NCBI GenBank assembly: GCA_045649925.1
Contig: JAZRQS010000027.1
Location: forward strand, 4,795-68,794
Length of the DNA: 64,000 bases
Direction: 5' to 3'
Source: Eubacteriales bacterium
GTDB taxonomy: Bacteria > Bacillota > Clostridia > Oscillospirales > CAG-272
Shown: piece after piece, positions 57,094-64,000 of the stretch
Layout: every line of letters begins with the position of its first letter
Numbering within the stretch: the first letter of the stretch is position 1
Translations under genes and position numbers: made by a program
Notes under the pieces: generated by a model
Told to the model about the DNA's origin: nothing
Database searches by the model: none
The model's input: the letters and a program-made list of their open reading frames with translations, nothing else

Positions 57094-57120
57094 AATTTTT
57101 TATAAACAACAAAATATATA

Positions 57121-57149
57121 TTGAAAAAAACAAAAAAATCTGTTATAAT
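57121..57149 (+). promoter_or_regulatory. Sigma-A promoter of the SRP RNA gene
   Basis: TTGAAA (57121-57126), 17 nt, TGtTATAAT (hexamer 57144-57149). Confidence 0.7.
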
Positions 57150-57159
57150 AATTAAGGCA

Positions 57160-57475
57160 AATTACTTCGGCTCTCCGAGTGGATCATACCAGTCGGGGAA
57201 GTAGCGGCGCCTTGTACCTGAAATCCGCTATAGCAGGGATGGATTCCGCTTTTGAGGGATGTTTTTGTGCAGTCTGCGCATTTGGTGTTTGTGTTGATTG
57301 ATGGGTCTTGCGCAATTGGAGGCTGTGAACCATGTCAGGTGGGGAACCAAGCAGCATTAAGCGGTTTATCTGATGTGCCGCAGGGGAGCCTGTCATGAGC
57401 AAGCCTGGGTGTTAACGTGTGTAAAAGCAATCTCGATTTTGCGGTGTATGATCTCACTCAGATTGTCGAAGTAAT
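57160..57475 (+). ncRNA. ffs: Signal recognition particle RNA, large (Bacillus/Clostridium scRNA type with Alu domain)
   Basis: GGGGAAGTAGCGGCGCCTTGTACCTGAAATCCGCTATAGCAGGG and GGGTCTTGCGCAAT..GAACCATGTCAGGTGGGGAACCAAGCAGCATTAAG...ATGTGCCGCAGGG align by eye with B. subtilis scRNA. The 5' ACTTCG..GAGTG.GATCATAC pairs with the 3' GTATGATC.CACTC..CGAAGT. It lies upstream of dnaX, as in Bacillus. End coordinates are approximate. Confidence 0.9.
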
Positions 57476-57483
57476 AGTGTTGG

Positions 57484-57530
57484 CGGATGTGCTTGCAGAT
57501 TTCTGTATGTTGCATCCGTTTATTTGTTTT
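57484..57530 (+). terminator. Terminator after ffs
   Basis: CGGATG...CATCCG hairpin (57484-57518) followed by TTTATTTGTTTT. Confidence 0.65.
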
Positions 57531-57545
57531 GTGGAGGTGTGCAGA

Positions 57546-59153
57546 ATGTATCTTTCTTTATACAGAAAGTGGCGTCCTAATACGTTTGACGACGTATGCG
57601 GACAGAACGAGATAACCGACATTCTCAAATACGAGGTTGCGAACAACAAAATATCGCACGCGTATCTGTTTTGTGGCTCTCGTGGAACAGGAAAGACGAG
57701 CTGCGCCAAAATTTTGGCAAAGGCTATAAACTGCGAAAATCCACAGAATGGCAACCCTTGTAATTGCTGTGAGGCGTGTCGCTCCATTGATTCGGGAATT
57801 GCTACCGACGTTATAGAGATGGACGCCGCGAGTAATACGGGTGTAGATAATGTCCGTGACATAAAAGAGGAAATTGTTTTTACGCCTGCGCTCTTAAAAT
57901 ACAGAGTTTATATAGTGGACGAGGTACATATGATGTCGGGTGGCGCGTTTAACGCGTTGCTCAAGACACTCGAAGAGCCTCCGTCACACGTGGTATTTAT
58001 ACTTGCGACTACAGAATTGCAGAAGCTCCCCAGCACTATAATTTCCCGTTGTCAGAGGTTTGATTTCAGACGAATGACGACCGATGTTATAGTTTCGCGA
58101 CTTAAATATGTCGCCTCCGAGGAGGGAATAGAGCTTGCCGACGACGGCGCAAGAATAATAGCAAGGACGGCGCAGGGAGGAATGCGAGACGCATTGAGCC
58201 TGCTTGAGCTGTGCGGTGGAATGAAGGAAAGAATAGACGAGTCGCTTGTCTCGAAAATTCTCGGTGTCGGAAATCGCGACAGTATAAGACAGCTCGTCGA
58301 TGCTATATTGAAAAAGGATTACAGCACGATATATTCGCATATATCGGATATAGTAATGTCGGCAAAGGACCTCTCAGTGTATTGGCGCGAGCTTGTGGAG
58401 TTTTACCGCGACATAATGGTCACGAAAACTATAGGAAGCAACAACGCCAAGGGCTATCTTGATCTGACCGACAACGAGGCAGAGTCTCTTGTTGCATATG
58501 CGAAGGCGTTTTCTATGGAGCAGCTCTTGTATCATAGCAAGATGCTTGAGGAAGCACAATTTAATATGTCGAGAGCGGGGGTATCCAAGAGAAGCATAGC
58601 GGAGCTTGCGCTTACTCGTATGTGCGAGCCACGCTTGAGCTCTACGCCGGAAAGCCTGCTTGCCAGAATATACGAGCTTGAAAACTCTGTGGCTGCACTT
58701 AAGCATGGCATAGTGATACCCGATGCAAATGTCGATGCCCCTAAGGAATTTGTCGCAGAAACGGCAAAAACACCCACAAAAGATACGGCAGATACAAATC
58801 CGGCCCCTGCAAAGAACGAAGTCAAGCCGACATCAACGAATGATTTCAGAGCGCTCGGATGCTGGACGGATATTTTGGAGAGCCTCGGCAAAACCAAGAG
58901 CAGCCTCGCAGGCTTGCTTGGAAATTCCGCGTGCTACGTCAACGGCTCTACGTATCTGATAAAGGTCAACAACCCCTTTGCCGTTAGTATGGTATCGCGC
59001 GAGGACAGTATTTCCGCTATAAAGACGGCGATTATATCTTCAGGTGATTTTTCACACGCGCCTGAAAGAATAGTAGTGGAGTCCGAAGGGGAAAACCAAT
59101 TGAATGCAAATCTTCTCATGCAGGAGCTTGAAGAGGAATACAATAATTTTTGA
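57546..59153 (+). CDS. dnaX: DNA polymerase III subunit gamma/tau
   Basis: LYRKWRPNTFDDVCGQ, GSRGTGKTS, VYIVDEVHM, SRCQRFDF. Start at ATG 57546 after GGAGGTG. The longer tracked ORF overlaps the SRP RNA. Confidence 0.95.
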   Translation: MYLSLYRKWRPNTFDDVCGQNEITDILKYEVANNKISHAYLFCGSRGTGKTSCAKILAKAINCENPQNGNPCNCCEACRSIDSGIATDVIEMDAASNTGVDNVRDIKEEIVFTPALLKYRVYIVDEVHMMSGGAFNALLKTLEEPPSHVVFILATTELQKLPSTIISRCQRFDFRRMTTDVIVSRLKYVASEEGIELADDGARIIARTAQGGMRDALSLLELCGGMKERIDESLVSKILGVGNRDSIRQLVDAILKKDYSTIYSHISDIVMSAKDLSVYWRELVEFYRDIMVTKTIGSNNAKGYLDLTDNEAESLVAYAKAFSMEQLLYHSKMLEEAQFNMSRAGVSKRSIAELALTRMCEPRLSSTPESLLARIYELENSVAALKHGIVIPDANVDAPKEFVAETAKTPTKDTADTNPAPAKNEVKPTSTNDFRALGCWTDILESLGKTKSSLAGLLGNSACYVNGSTYLIKVNNPFAVSMVSREDSISAIKTAIISSGDFSHAPERIVVESEGENQLNANLLMQELEEEYNNF

Positions 59154-59175
59154 TATTTAACGATAGGAGAATATT

Positions 59176-59517
59176 ATGAAGGTCAGAGTACCAAACAACA
59201 GTGGAGCCAATATGGCAAATATGCTTAAAAAGATGCAGGACGATATGGCTACCATGCAGGAGGAGCTTGAGGCAAGAGAATACGAGGTTTCTGCCGGTGG
59301 CGGAGTCGTAAATGTTAAAATAAACGGCAAAAGAGAGATTTTGGCTATCGACATAAAGGAAGAGATAGTCGATCCTGACGATATCGAAACACTCTCCGAC
59401 ATTCTTGTAGCCGCAGTAAATCAGGCTATAAAGAAGGTAGACGATACAACAAATGAGGAAATGGGAAAGATAACAGGTCAGCTCGGCTCAATTCCCGGTA
59501 TGCCCGGCCTGTTTTAA
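59176..59517 (+). CDS. ybaB: Nucleoid-associated protein YbaB/EbfC
   Basis: NMANMLKKMQDDMATMQEELEAREYEVSAGGGVVNVKINGKREI, 113 aa, between dnaX and recR. Confidence 0.9.
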   Translation: MKVRVPNNSGANMANMLKKMQDDMATMQEELEAREYEVSAGGGVVNVKINGKREILAIDIKEEIVDPDDIETLSDILVAAVNQAIKKVDDTTNEEMGKITGQLGSIPGMPGLF

Positions 59518-59524
59518 GTGAATT

Positions 59525-60124
59525 ATGGATTATTTAGCACCACTTCAAAAGCTTATAGACGGCTTCAAGAGACTGCCTGGAATAGGTGGAAAAACTGCCG
59601 TCAGACTTGCATTTTCCGTTCTTTCTATGAGTGACGAGGTCGCTATGGAGTTTGCAGAGGCTATCGTAAGCGCTAAGCGCGACATACACGAGTGCAAAAA
59701 ATGTGGAAACATATCTCTCGAGGAGCTTTGCCCTATCTGTCAGGATACGGAAAGAGATAATAGCATCATTTGTGTGGTCGAGGACAGCAAGGCGATTATG
59801 TCCTTTGAGCGCATACGTGAATATCATGGAGCATATCACGTTTTGGGCGGCGCTTTGTCCCCCATAAATGGAATAGGCCCCGACCAGCTTCGCATAAGAG
59901 AGCTGCTCGAAAGGGTAAATGAGGATGATGTCCGCGAAATAGTTTTGGCGACCAATCCAAGTGTCGAGGGAGAGGCTACCGCTATGTACATAGCAAAGCT
60001 GCTTTCGCCTTTTGGAGTAAAGGTGAGCCGTCTCGCTTACGGAATACCTGTCGGCGCCGACCTTGAATACGCCGATGAGGTCACACTCAACAGAGCGCTT
60101 GAGGGAAGAAGATCTATAAACTAA
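59525..60124 (+). CDS. recR: Recombination protein RecR
   Basis: LPGIGGKTAVRLAF (HhH), Cys4 zinc finger CKKCGN...CPIC, Toprim ICVVED. Confidence 0.95.
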   Translation: MDYLAPLQKLIDGFKRLPGIGGKTAVRLAFSVLSMSDEVAMEFAEAIVSAKRDIHECKKCGNISLEELCPICQDTERDNSIICVVEDSKAIMSFERIREYHGAYHVLGGALSPINGIGPDQLRIRELLERVNEDDVREIVLATNPSVEGEATAMYIAKLLSPFGVKVSRLAYGIPVGADLEYADEVTLNRALEGRRSIN

Positions 60125-60133
60125 AACACTAGT

Positions 60134-60170
60134 AAAAAATGCTTGTGGCTATCACCACAAGCATTTTTTT
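60134..60170. terminator. Bidirectional terminator (recR / spo0A convergent)
   Basis: AAAAAATGCTTGTGG-loop-CCACAAGCATTTTTTT. Confidence 0.85.
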
Positions 60171-60171
60171 A

Positions 60172-60948
60172 TCAATACAGCTTATATTTAAGTCTGAGAT
60201 TATCCGCTATCATTGCGATAAACTCGCTGTTAGTAGGCTTTCCGCGATTGTTCTGGATAGTGTAGCCAAAGTAGGAATTCAAGGTGTCGATGTCGCCTCT
60301 GTCCCAAGCTACCTCGATGGCGTGGCGTATTGCTCGCTCTACTCGTGAGGTCGTGGTAGAATATTTCTTTGCCACAGACGGATAAAGGATTTTTGTGACG
60401 GAGTTTATGATCTCGTTGTCCTCTATTGTCATTATGATTGCAGTTCTCAGATATTGATATCCCTTTATGTGGGCAGGTATTCCCACCTGATGAATGATCT
60501 GTGTTACCTGAGTTTCTATGTCGTTGTTCTGTGAGTCGGATTTTATAGCTCGTGAGTTATGGTGGGAGCGTCTGCTAAGTATGGTTTCTGTATGGTCGTG
60601 CAAGCTCTTTATATCATACGGCTTGAGCATGCAGAGGTCGGCTCCTGCCTTGCTCGCATCAAGGAACACATTCTGATTTGCTACCATAGACAAAAGAATG
60701 AAGGCAGGCGCCTTGTCGGTGCCGAATGTCAGAGACTGTGTATTCTTGATGACGCCTATGCCGTCAAGCTTTGACAGCCATAGGTCAATGATGACTACAT
60801 CAGGGTGGAAGCGGTTTATCTTCTTCAGTGCCTCGTCGCCGTCCTTCGCTTCCTCGATGTACACCGATCCGCTTTTTTCAAAATGAGAGCGCAGGGAATA
60901 GCGCTCGTCGCCGTTTTCAAGAGCGATAAGTATCTTTTGGTTTTCCAT
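60172..60948 (-). CDS. spo0A: Sporulation master regulator Spo0A
   Basis: Receiver domain ([15 protein letters not shown]) plus the diagnostic Spo0A_C domain: [45 protein letters not shown]. Confidence 0.9.
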   Translation of the reverse strand: MENQKILIALENGDERYSLRSHFEKSGSVYIEEAKDGDEALKKINRFHPDVVIIDLWLSKLDGIGVIKNTQSLTFGTDKAPAFILLSMVANQNVFLDASKAGADLCMLKPYDIKSLHDHTETILSRRSHHNSRAIKSDSQNNDIETQVTQIIHQVGIPAHIKGYQYLRTAIIMTIEDNEIINSVTKILYPSVAKKYSTTTSRVERAIRHAIEVAWDRGDIDTLNSYFGYTIQNNRGKPTNSEFIAMIADNLRLKYKLY

Positions 60949-60981
60949 TATTTAATTCTCCTTGGTTTTTGTTGTATACAA

Positions 60982-61010
60982 ATTTTACCATAAGATGCAA
61001 CAAATTGCAA
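60982..61010 (-). promoter_or_regulatory. Sigma-A-type promoter for spo0A
   Basis: The minus strand reads TTGCAA (61010-61005), 17 nt, TGgTAAAAT (hexamer 60987-60982). Confidence 0.55.
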
Positions 61011-61044
61011 TACCAAATTAATAAAATAATTTACAAAAATTGTA

Positions 61045-61060
61045 TGTCGAAATTGTCAAA
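61045..61060. promoter_or_regulatory. Candidate Spo0A boxes upstream of spo0A
   Basis: Perfect 0A box TGTCGAA (61045-61051) followed by TGTCAAA (61054-61060). A third near-match, GGTCGAA, is at 61155-61161. Confidence 0.5.
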
Positions 61061-61219
61061 ATTATCCAATCAGCCAAAAAACGACCAGTAAAAACAAGAC
61101 GAGGGAAGAAAAACAGAAGATAAAACGAATTAAATACTACAAAAATCAATATTTGGTCGAAAATCAAATAAATAATAAAATATTTGCTTGGAATTTTTAT
61201 ATTATTTTTATATTATATA

Positions 61220-61248
61220 TTGCAAAACCGAAAAATAAATGTTATAAT
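61220..61248 (+). promoter_or_regulatory. Sigma-A promoter of the PEP carboxykinase gene
   Basis: TTGCAA (61220-61225), 17 nt, TGtTATAAT (hexamer 61243-61248). Confidence 0.65.
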
Positions 61249-61319
61249 ATAGTCGTGGAAAATCGGCTTTCCGCAACGCAAGAAGTTTTTGAAAAATAAA
61301 TATATATAAAGGAGCAATT

Positions 61320-63098
61320 ATGACTAATAACAAGTACATCAATCAGTGGATTGACGAAATGGCTGCTATGACGCAGCCTGACAAAATTGTTTGGATCGAC
61401 GGTTCTGCAGAGCAGACAGAGCAGCTTCGTGCTGAGGCAGTCAGCAACGGCGAGCTTATCTTGCTCAACCAGGAGAAGCTTCCTGGCTGTTACTTGCACA
61501 GAACTGCGATAAACGACGTTGCCAGAGTTGAAAACAGAACCTTTATCTGTACTTCAAAGAAGGAAGATGCTGGTAATATCAACAACTGGATGGACCCCAA
61601 GGAGTGCTACGCTAAGCTTTCCAAGCTTTATGCAGGCTCCATGAAGGGAAGAACAATGTATGTTATTCCTTATTCTATGGGTCAGATCGGCTCTGATTTT
61701 GCTAAATACGGAATTGAGCTTACAGATTCTATCTACGTAGTTCTCAACATGATCATAATGACTCGTGTTGGCTCTGTAGTTCTTGAGAAAATCGGCGATG
61801 GCGACGGATTTATCAAGGGTCTCCACGCAAGAGCTGACATCGACGAGGAAAATCGTTACATCTGCCATTTCCCTGAAGACAACACCATCTGGTCCGTTAA
61901 CTCCGGTTACGGCGGAAACGTTCTTCTCGGCAAGAAGTGCTTCGCACTCAGAATAGCTTCCTCCCTCGGTAGAAAGGAAGGCTGGATGGCAGAGCATATG
62001 CTTATCCTCGGTGTTGAATTCCCCAACGGCGAGATCAAGTACATCAGTGCTGCTTTCCCCTCTGCTTGCGGAAAGACCAACCTCGCAATGCTTATACCGC
62101 CTGAATATTACAGAAAGAAGGGTTATAAGGTTTGGTGCGTAGGTGACGATATTGCTTGGCTCAGAGTAGGTAAGGACGGACGTCTTTGGGCAGTAAACCC
62201 TGAGAACGGCTTCTTCGGCGTTGCTCCTGGTACAAACGAGAAATCAAACCCCAACGCTCTTTACACAACAATGAAGGATACAATCTTCACCAACGTTGCT
62301 CATAACCTTGATGACAACACAGTTTGGTGGGAAGGCCTTGACAACAATCCTCCCAAGAACTGCATCGACTGGATGGGTAACAAGTGGGATTACGCTAAGT
62401 ACGACAAGAAGGACAAGAGCACATGCGCTGCTCATCCTAACTCCAGATTTACAGCAATGGCTGAAAACTGTCCCTGCATCTCCAGCAAGTTCAACGATCC
62501 TGCAGGCGTTCCGATTACAGCGATCGTATTCGGCGGTCGTCGTGCTAAGACAGCTCCTCTGGTTTACCAGTCTACAAGCTGGCAGAATGGTACCTTCGTT
62601 GGTTCTATCATGGCATCCGAGACAACTGCGGCTGCAGCAGGTGCTGTCGGCGTAGTAAGACGCGATCCTATGGCTATGAGACCCTTCGTTGGTTACGATA
62701 TGGGCGATTACTGGGCACACTGGCTCGATATGGGCAAGAAGATCCCCAATCCTCCTATGATATTCAATGTTAACTGGTTCAGAACTGATGATGAAGGACA
62801 CTTCATCTGGCCTGGATTTGGTGACAATATGCGTGTCCTCAACTGGATCCTCGCTCGTTGCGCAGGTGAGGTTGATGCACAGCTCACTCCTATCGGTTAC
62901 GTTCCTTACGTTAAGGACATCGAGCTCGAAGGTCTCGAGGGAATTGACGAAAAGACCATCGAGGGACTTCTCGAGGTTGACAAGGATCTCTGGATGGAAG
63001 ACGTTAAGGGCATCAAGGAATTCTATGCATCTGTTGGTGACAGAGTTCCCGCTGAGCTTTATGCTGAGCTTGAGGCTCTTGAAAACAGACTTAAGTAA
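61320..63098 (+). CDS. pckG: Phosphoenolpyruvate carboxykinase (GTP)
   Basis: 592 aa. FPSACGKTNLAM kinase-1a P-loop, GDDIAWL and NSRFT motifs of GTP-type PEPCK. Confidence 0.9.
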   Translation: MTNNKYINQWIDEMAAMTQPDKIVWIDGSAEQTEQLRAEAVSNGELILLNQEKLPGCYLHRTAINDVARVENRTFICTSKKEDAGNINNWMDPKECYAKLSKLYAGSMKGRTMYVIPYSMGQIGSDFAKYGIELTDSIYVVLNMIIMTRVGSVVLEKIGDGDGFIKGLHARADIDEENRYICHFPEDNTIWSVNSGYGGNVLLGKKCFALRIASSLGRKEGWMAEHMLILGVEFPNGEIKYISAAFPSACGKTNLAMLIPPEYYRKKGYKVWCVGDDIAWLRVGKDGRLWAVNPENGFFGVAPGTNEKSNPNALYTTMKDTIFTNVAHNLDDNTVWWEGLDNNPPKNCIDWMGNKWDYAKYDKKDKSTCAAHPNSRFTAMAENCPCISSKFNDPAGVPITAIVFGGRRAKTAPLVYQSTSWQNGTFVGSIMASETTAAAAGAVGVVRRDPMAMRPFVGYDMGDYWAHWLDMGKKIPNPPMIFNVNWFRTDDEGHFIWPGFGDNMRVLNWILARCAGEVDAQLTPIGYVPYVKDIELEGLEGIDEKTIEGLLEVDKDLWMEDVKGIKEFYASVGDRVPAELYAELEALENRLK

Positions 63099-63120
63099 TT
63101 TAAGTAGATATAAGCAAATG

Positions 63121-63155
63121 AAAACACGAGAGCACTTTGTGGCTCTCGTGTTTTC
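63121..63155 (+). terminator. Intrinsic terminator after pck
   Basis: CACGAGAGC / GCTCTCGTG 9-bp stem, 8-nt loop, TTTT. Confidence 0.8.
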
Positions 63156-63160
63156 TTATA

Positions 63161-63195
63161 AAAAAGACAGAGAAGAAAGCTCTCTGCCTTTTTTC
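63161..63195 (-). terminator. Candidate terminator after the small Cys-rich gene
   Basis: CAGAGA / TCTCTG stem flanked by A5 and T6. Confidence 0.5.
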
Positions 63196-63204
63196 ATATT
63201 TAAA

Positions 63205-63441
63205 TCAGTCGTCGAGCTTGAGCGCATCAGGGTCAAGCATCGGTATAGCGGTGTTTATTCTCGGTTTTCTTTTCAAGAAATCGTAGGAATATTTACGACA
63301 AGACATATCAGGCTCTACCGTCTTCTTCTTTTTAGAGCACATAAGAATACTTTCGTCCTCTGCGCATTCAGAAAATTCGCAGTAGGCACAGCATTTTTCG
63401 ACTTCATCGTTTTTTATCTTGTTTTTTCTGCTTCCAAACAT
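63205..63441 (-). CDS. Hypothetical small Cys-rich protein (78 aa)
   Basis: MFGSRKNKIKNDEVEKCCAYCEFSECAEDESILMCSKKKKTVEPDMSCRKYSYDF..., with six Cys including CCxxCxxxxC. It lies downstream of the ylbJ-like gene. Confidence 0.55.
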   Translation of the reverse strand: MFGSRKNKIKNDEVEKCCAYCEFSECAEDESILMCSKKKKTVEPDMSCRKYSYDFLKRKPRINTAIPMLDPDALKLDD

Positions 63442-63521
63442 ATGTAGAGTCCTCAATATCTTTTTTATTTAATTGTATCAGTAATTCTTAAAAAAATCAA
63501 GTCCATATAGGAAAATATGTT

Positions 63522-64000
63522 TTATAAAATTGAAAAAGTTAAAAGAGCTATGCAAAAGGAGAGAAGCGCTTGAAAAAGCTTTGCAAAATAGTATTTTCGT
63601 AAGTTAAGGTCGGTCTGGTCGGTAAAGACTCTTGCTTGCATATGTACGGATATACCTGAAAACGAAATTGCAAATGCGCAAAGTGAAAATGAGATAGCGC
63701 CTATACTCAACTGTGAGCACAGAGCAGATGCATTGCCCACCTCTAAAAACGAGCAGAGCGTCGCACAGATAAATTCGTTGTCTATATACGTGCGACAAAA
63801 GCCACAAACAATGGAGAAAAACGTGACAAAGCCACACACGTACAACGTGCTTGTCGCGCTTCTTTTTACTGTGTCAGAAAAGCAAAAAGAGTTTTTTCGC
63901 AGGTTGATTTTGCGCTCTGCCGGAACAAAAGTGGCGTTTTTGGATATTAAAATGCCACAGATGACAGAGGAAATCACTTGGATTATGTAAAGTGATAATC
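63522..64000 (-). CDS. ylbJ: C-terminal part of a polytopic membrane protein, probably sporulation integral membrane protein YlbJ; N-terminus lies outside the window
   Basis: The frame stays open to the window edge (no stop in 63978-64000). Hydrophobic C-terminal segments resemble the nucleoside-recognition-type YlbJ family. The assignment is tentative. Confidence 0.45.
   Translation of the reverse strand, partial: LSLYIIQVISSVICGILISKNATFVPAERKINLRKNSFCFSDTVKRSATSTLYVCGFVTFFSIVCGFCRTYIDNEFICATLCSFLEVGNASALCSQLSIGAISFSLCAFAISFSGISVHMQARVFTDQTDLNLRKYYFAKLFQALLSFCIALLTFSIL

Noticed and set aside
57464-57470. Perfect TGTCGAA (0A box) upstream of dnaX
   Set aside because: It lies inside the 3' closing helix of the SRP RNA, where it pairs with the 5' ACTTCG. 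It is a structural coincidence.
57417-57545. N-terminal 43-aa extension of the dnaX ORF
   Set aside because: It overlaps the SRP RNA and its terminator. The conserved DnaX N-terminus (LYRKWRP) starts at ATG 57546, which has a GGAGGTG SD.
58300-58320. Programmed -1 frameshift site in dnaX (E. coli-type A AAA AAG)
   Set aside because: Only a GAAAAAGG run is present, with no heptanucleotide slippery site and no downstream hairpin.
61253-61275. cre (CcpA) site in the pck 5' UTR (TGGAAAATCGGCTTTCCG)
   Set aside because: The half-site spacing and sequence do not fit the 14-nt cre consensus TGWAANCGNTNWCA. It is more simply a small GGAAA/TTTCC hairpin.
1-64000. CRISPR arrays, tRNA/rRNA genes, IS elements, prophage or defence islands
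   Set aside because: I scanned the intergenic regions by eye. None is long or repetitive enough, and all larger ORFs are accounted for by housekeeping or sporulation functions.

Overview
This 64-kb window looks like core chromosome from an endospore-forming Firmicute of class Clostridia. The lineage call is inference from gene content (spo0A, sigK, yunB, cwlD, ytfJ, ylbJ) and Bacillus/Clostridium-like synteny (scpA-scpB, infC-rpmI-rplT, dprA-topA-trmFO, plsX-rnc-smc-ftsY, yhbY-nadD-yqeK-rsfS-leuS, rplU-prp-rpmA, ffs-dnaX-ybaB-recR). I call about 65 protein-coding genes. I also call one large SRP RNA, a preQ1-I riboswitch, L20- and L21-type r-protein leaders, several near-consensus sigma-A promoters and many intrinsic terminators. 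I saw no rRNA, tRNA, CRISPR array, IS element, prophage or recognisable defence island. I could not identify a clear multi-gene novel system. The window is mostly housekeeping and sporulation genes. The most unusual loci are: (1) an orphan MazF/EndoA toxin with a ~58-aa C-terminal tail and only a 40-codon RHH-like remnant where the antitoxin should be; (2) a preQ1-I riboswitch controlling a translationally coupled queT-NUDIX pair; (3) an mgtE leader with an intrinsic terminator and repeats that does not match the M-box by eye; (4) a degenerate-receiver OmpR-type orphan regulator abutting sigK; (5) a Spo0A with a non-canonical acidic pocket and 0A boxes upstream; (6) an XRE-TPR (Rgg/RNPP-like) regulator next to a Na+-pumping decarboxylase operon whose first gene is preceded by an orphan Shine-Dalgarno and a 13-codon uORF. 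All family assignments come from reading motifs by eye. No database search was run.
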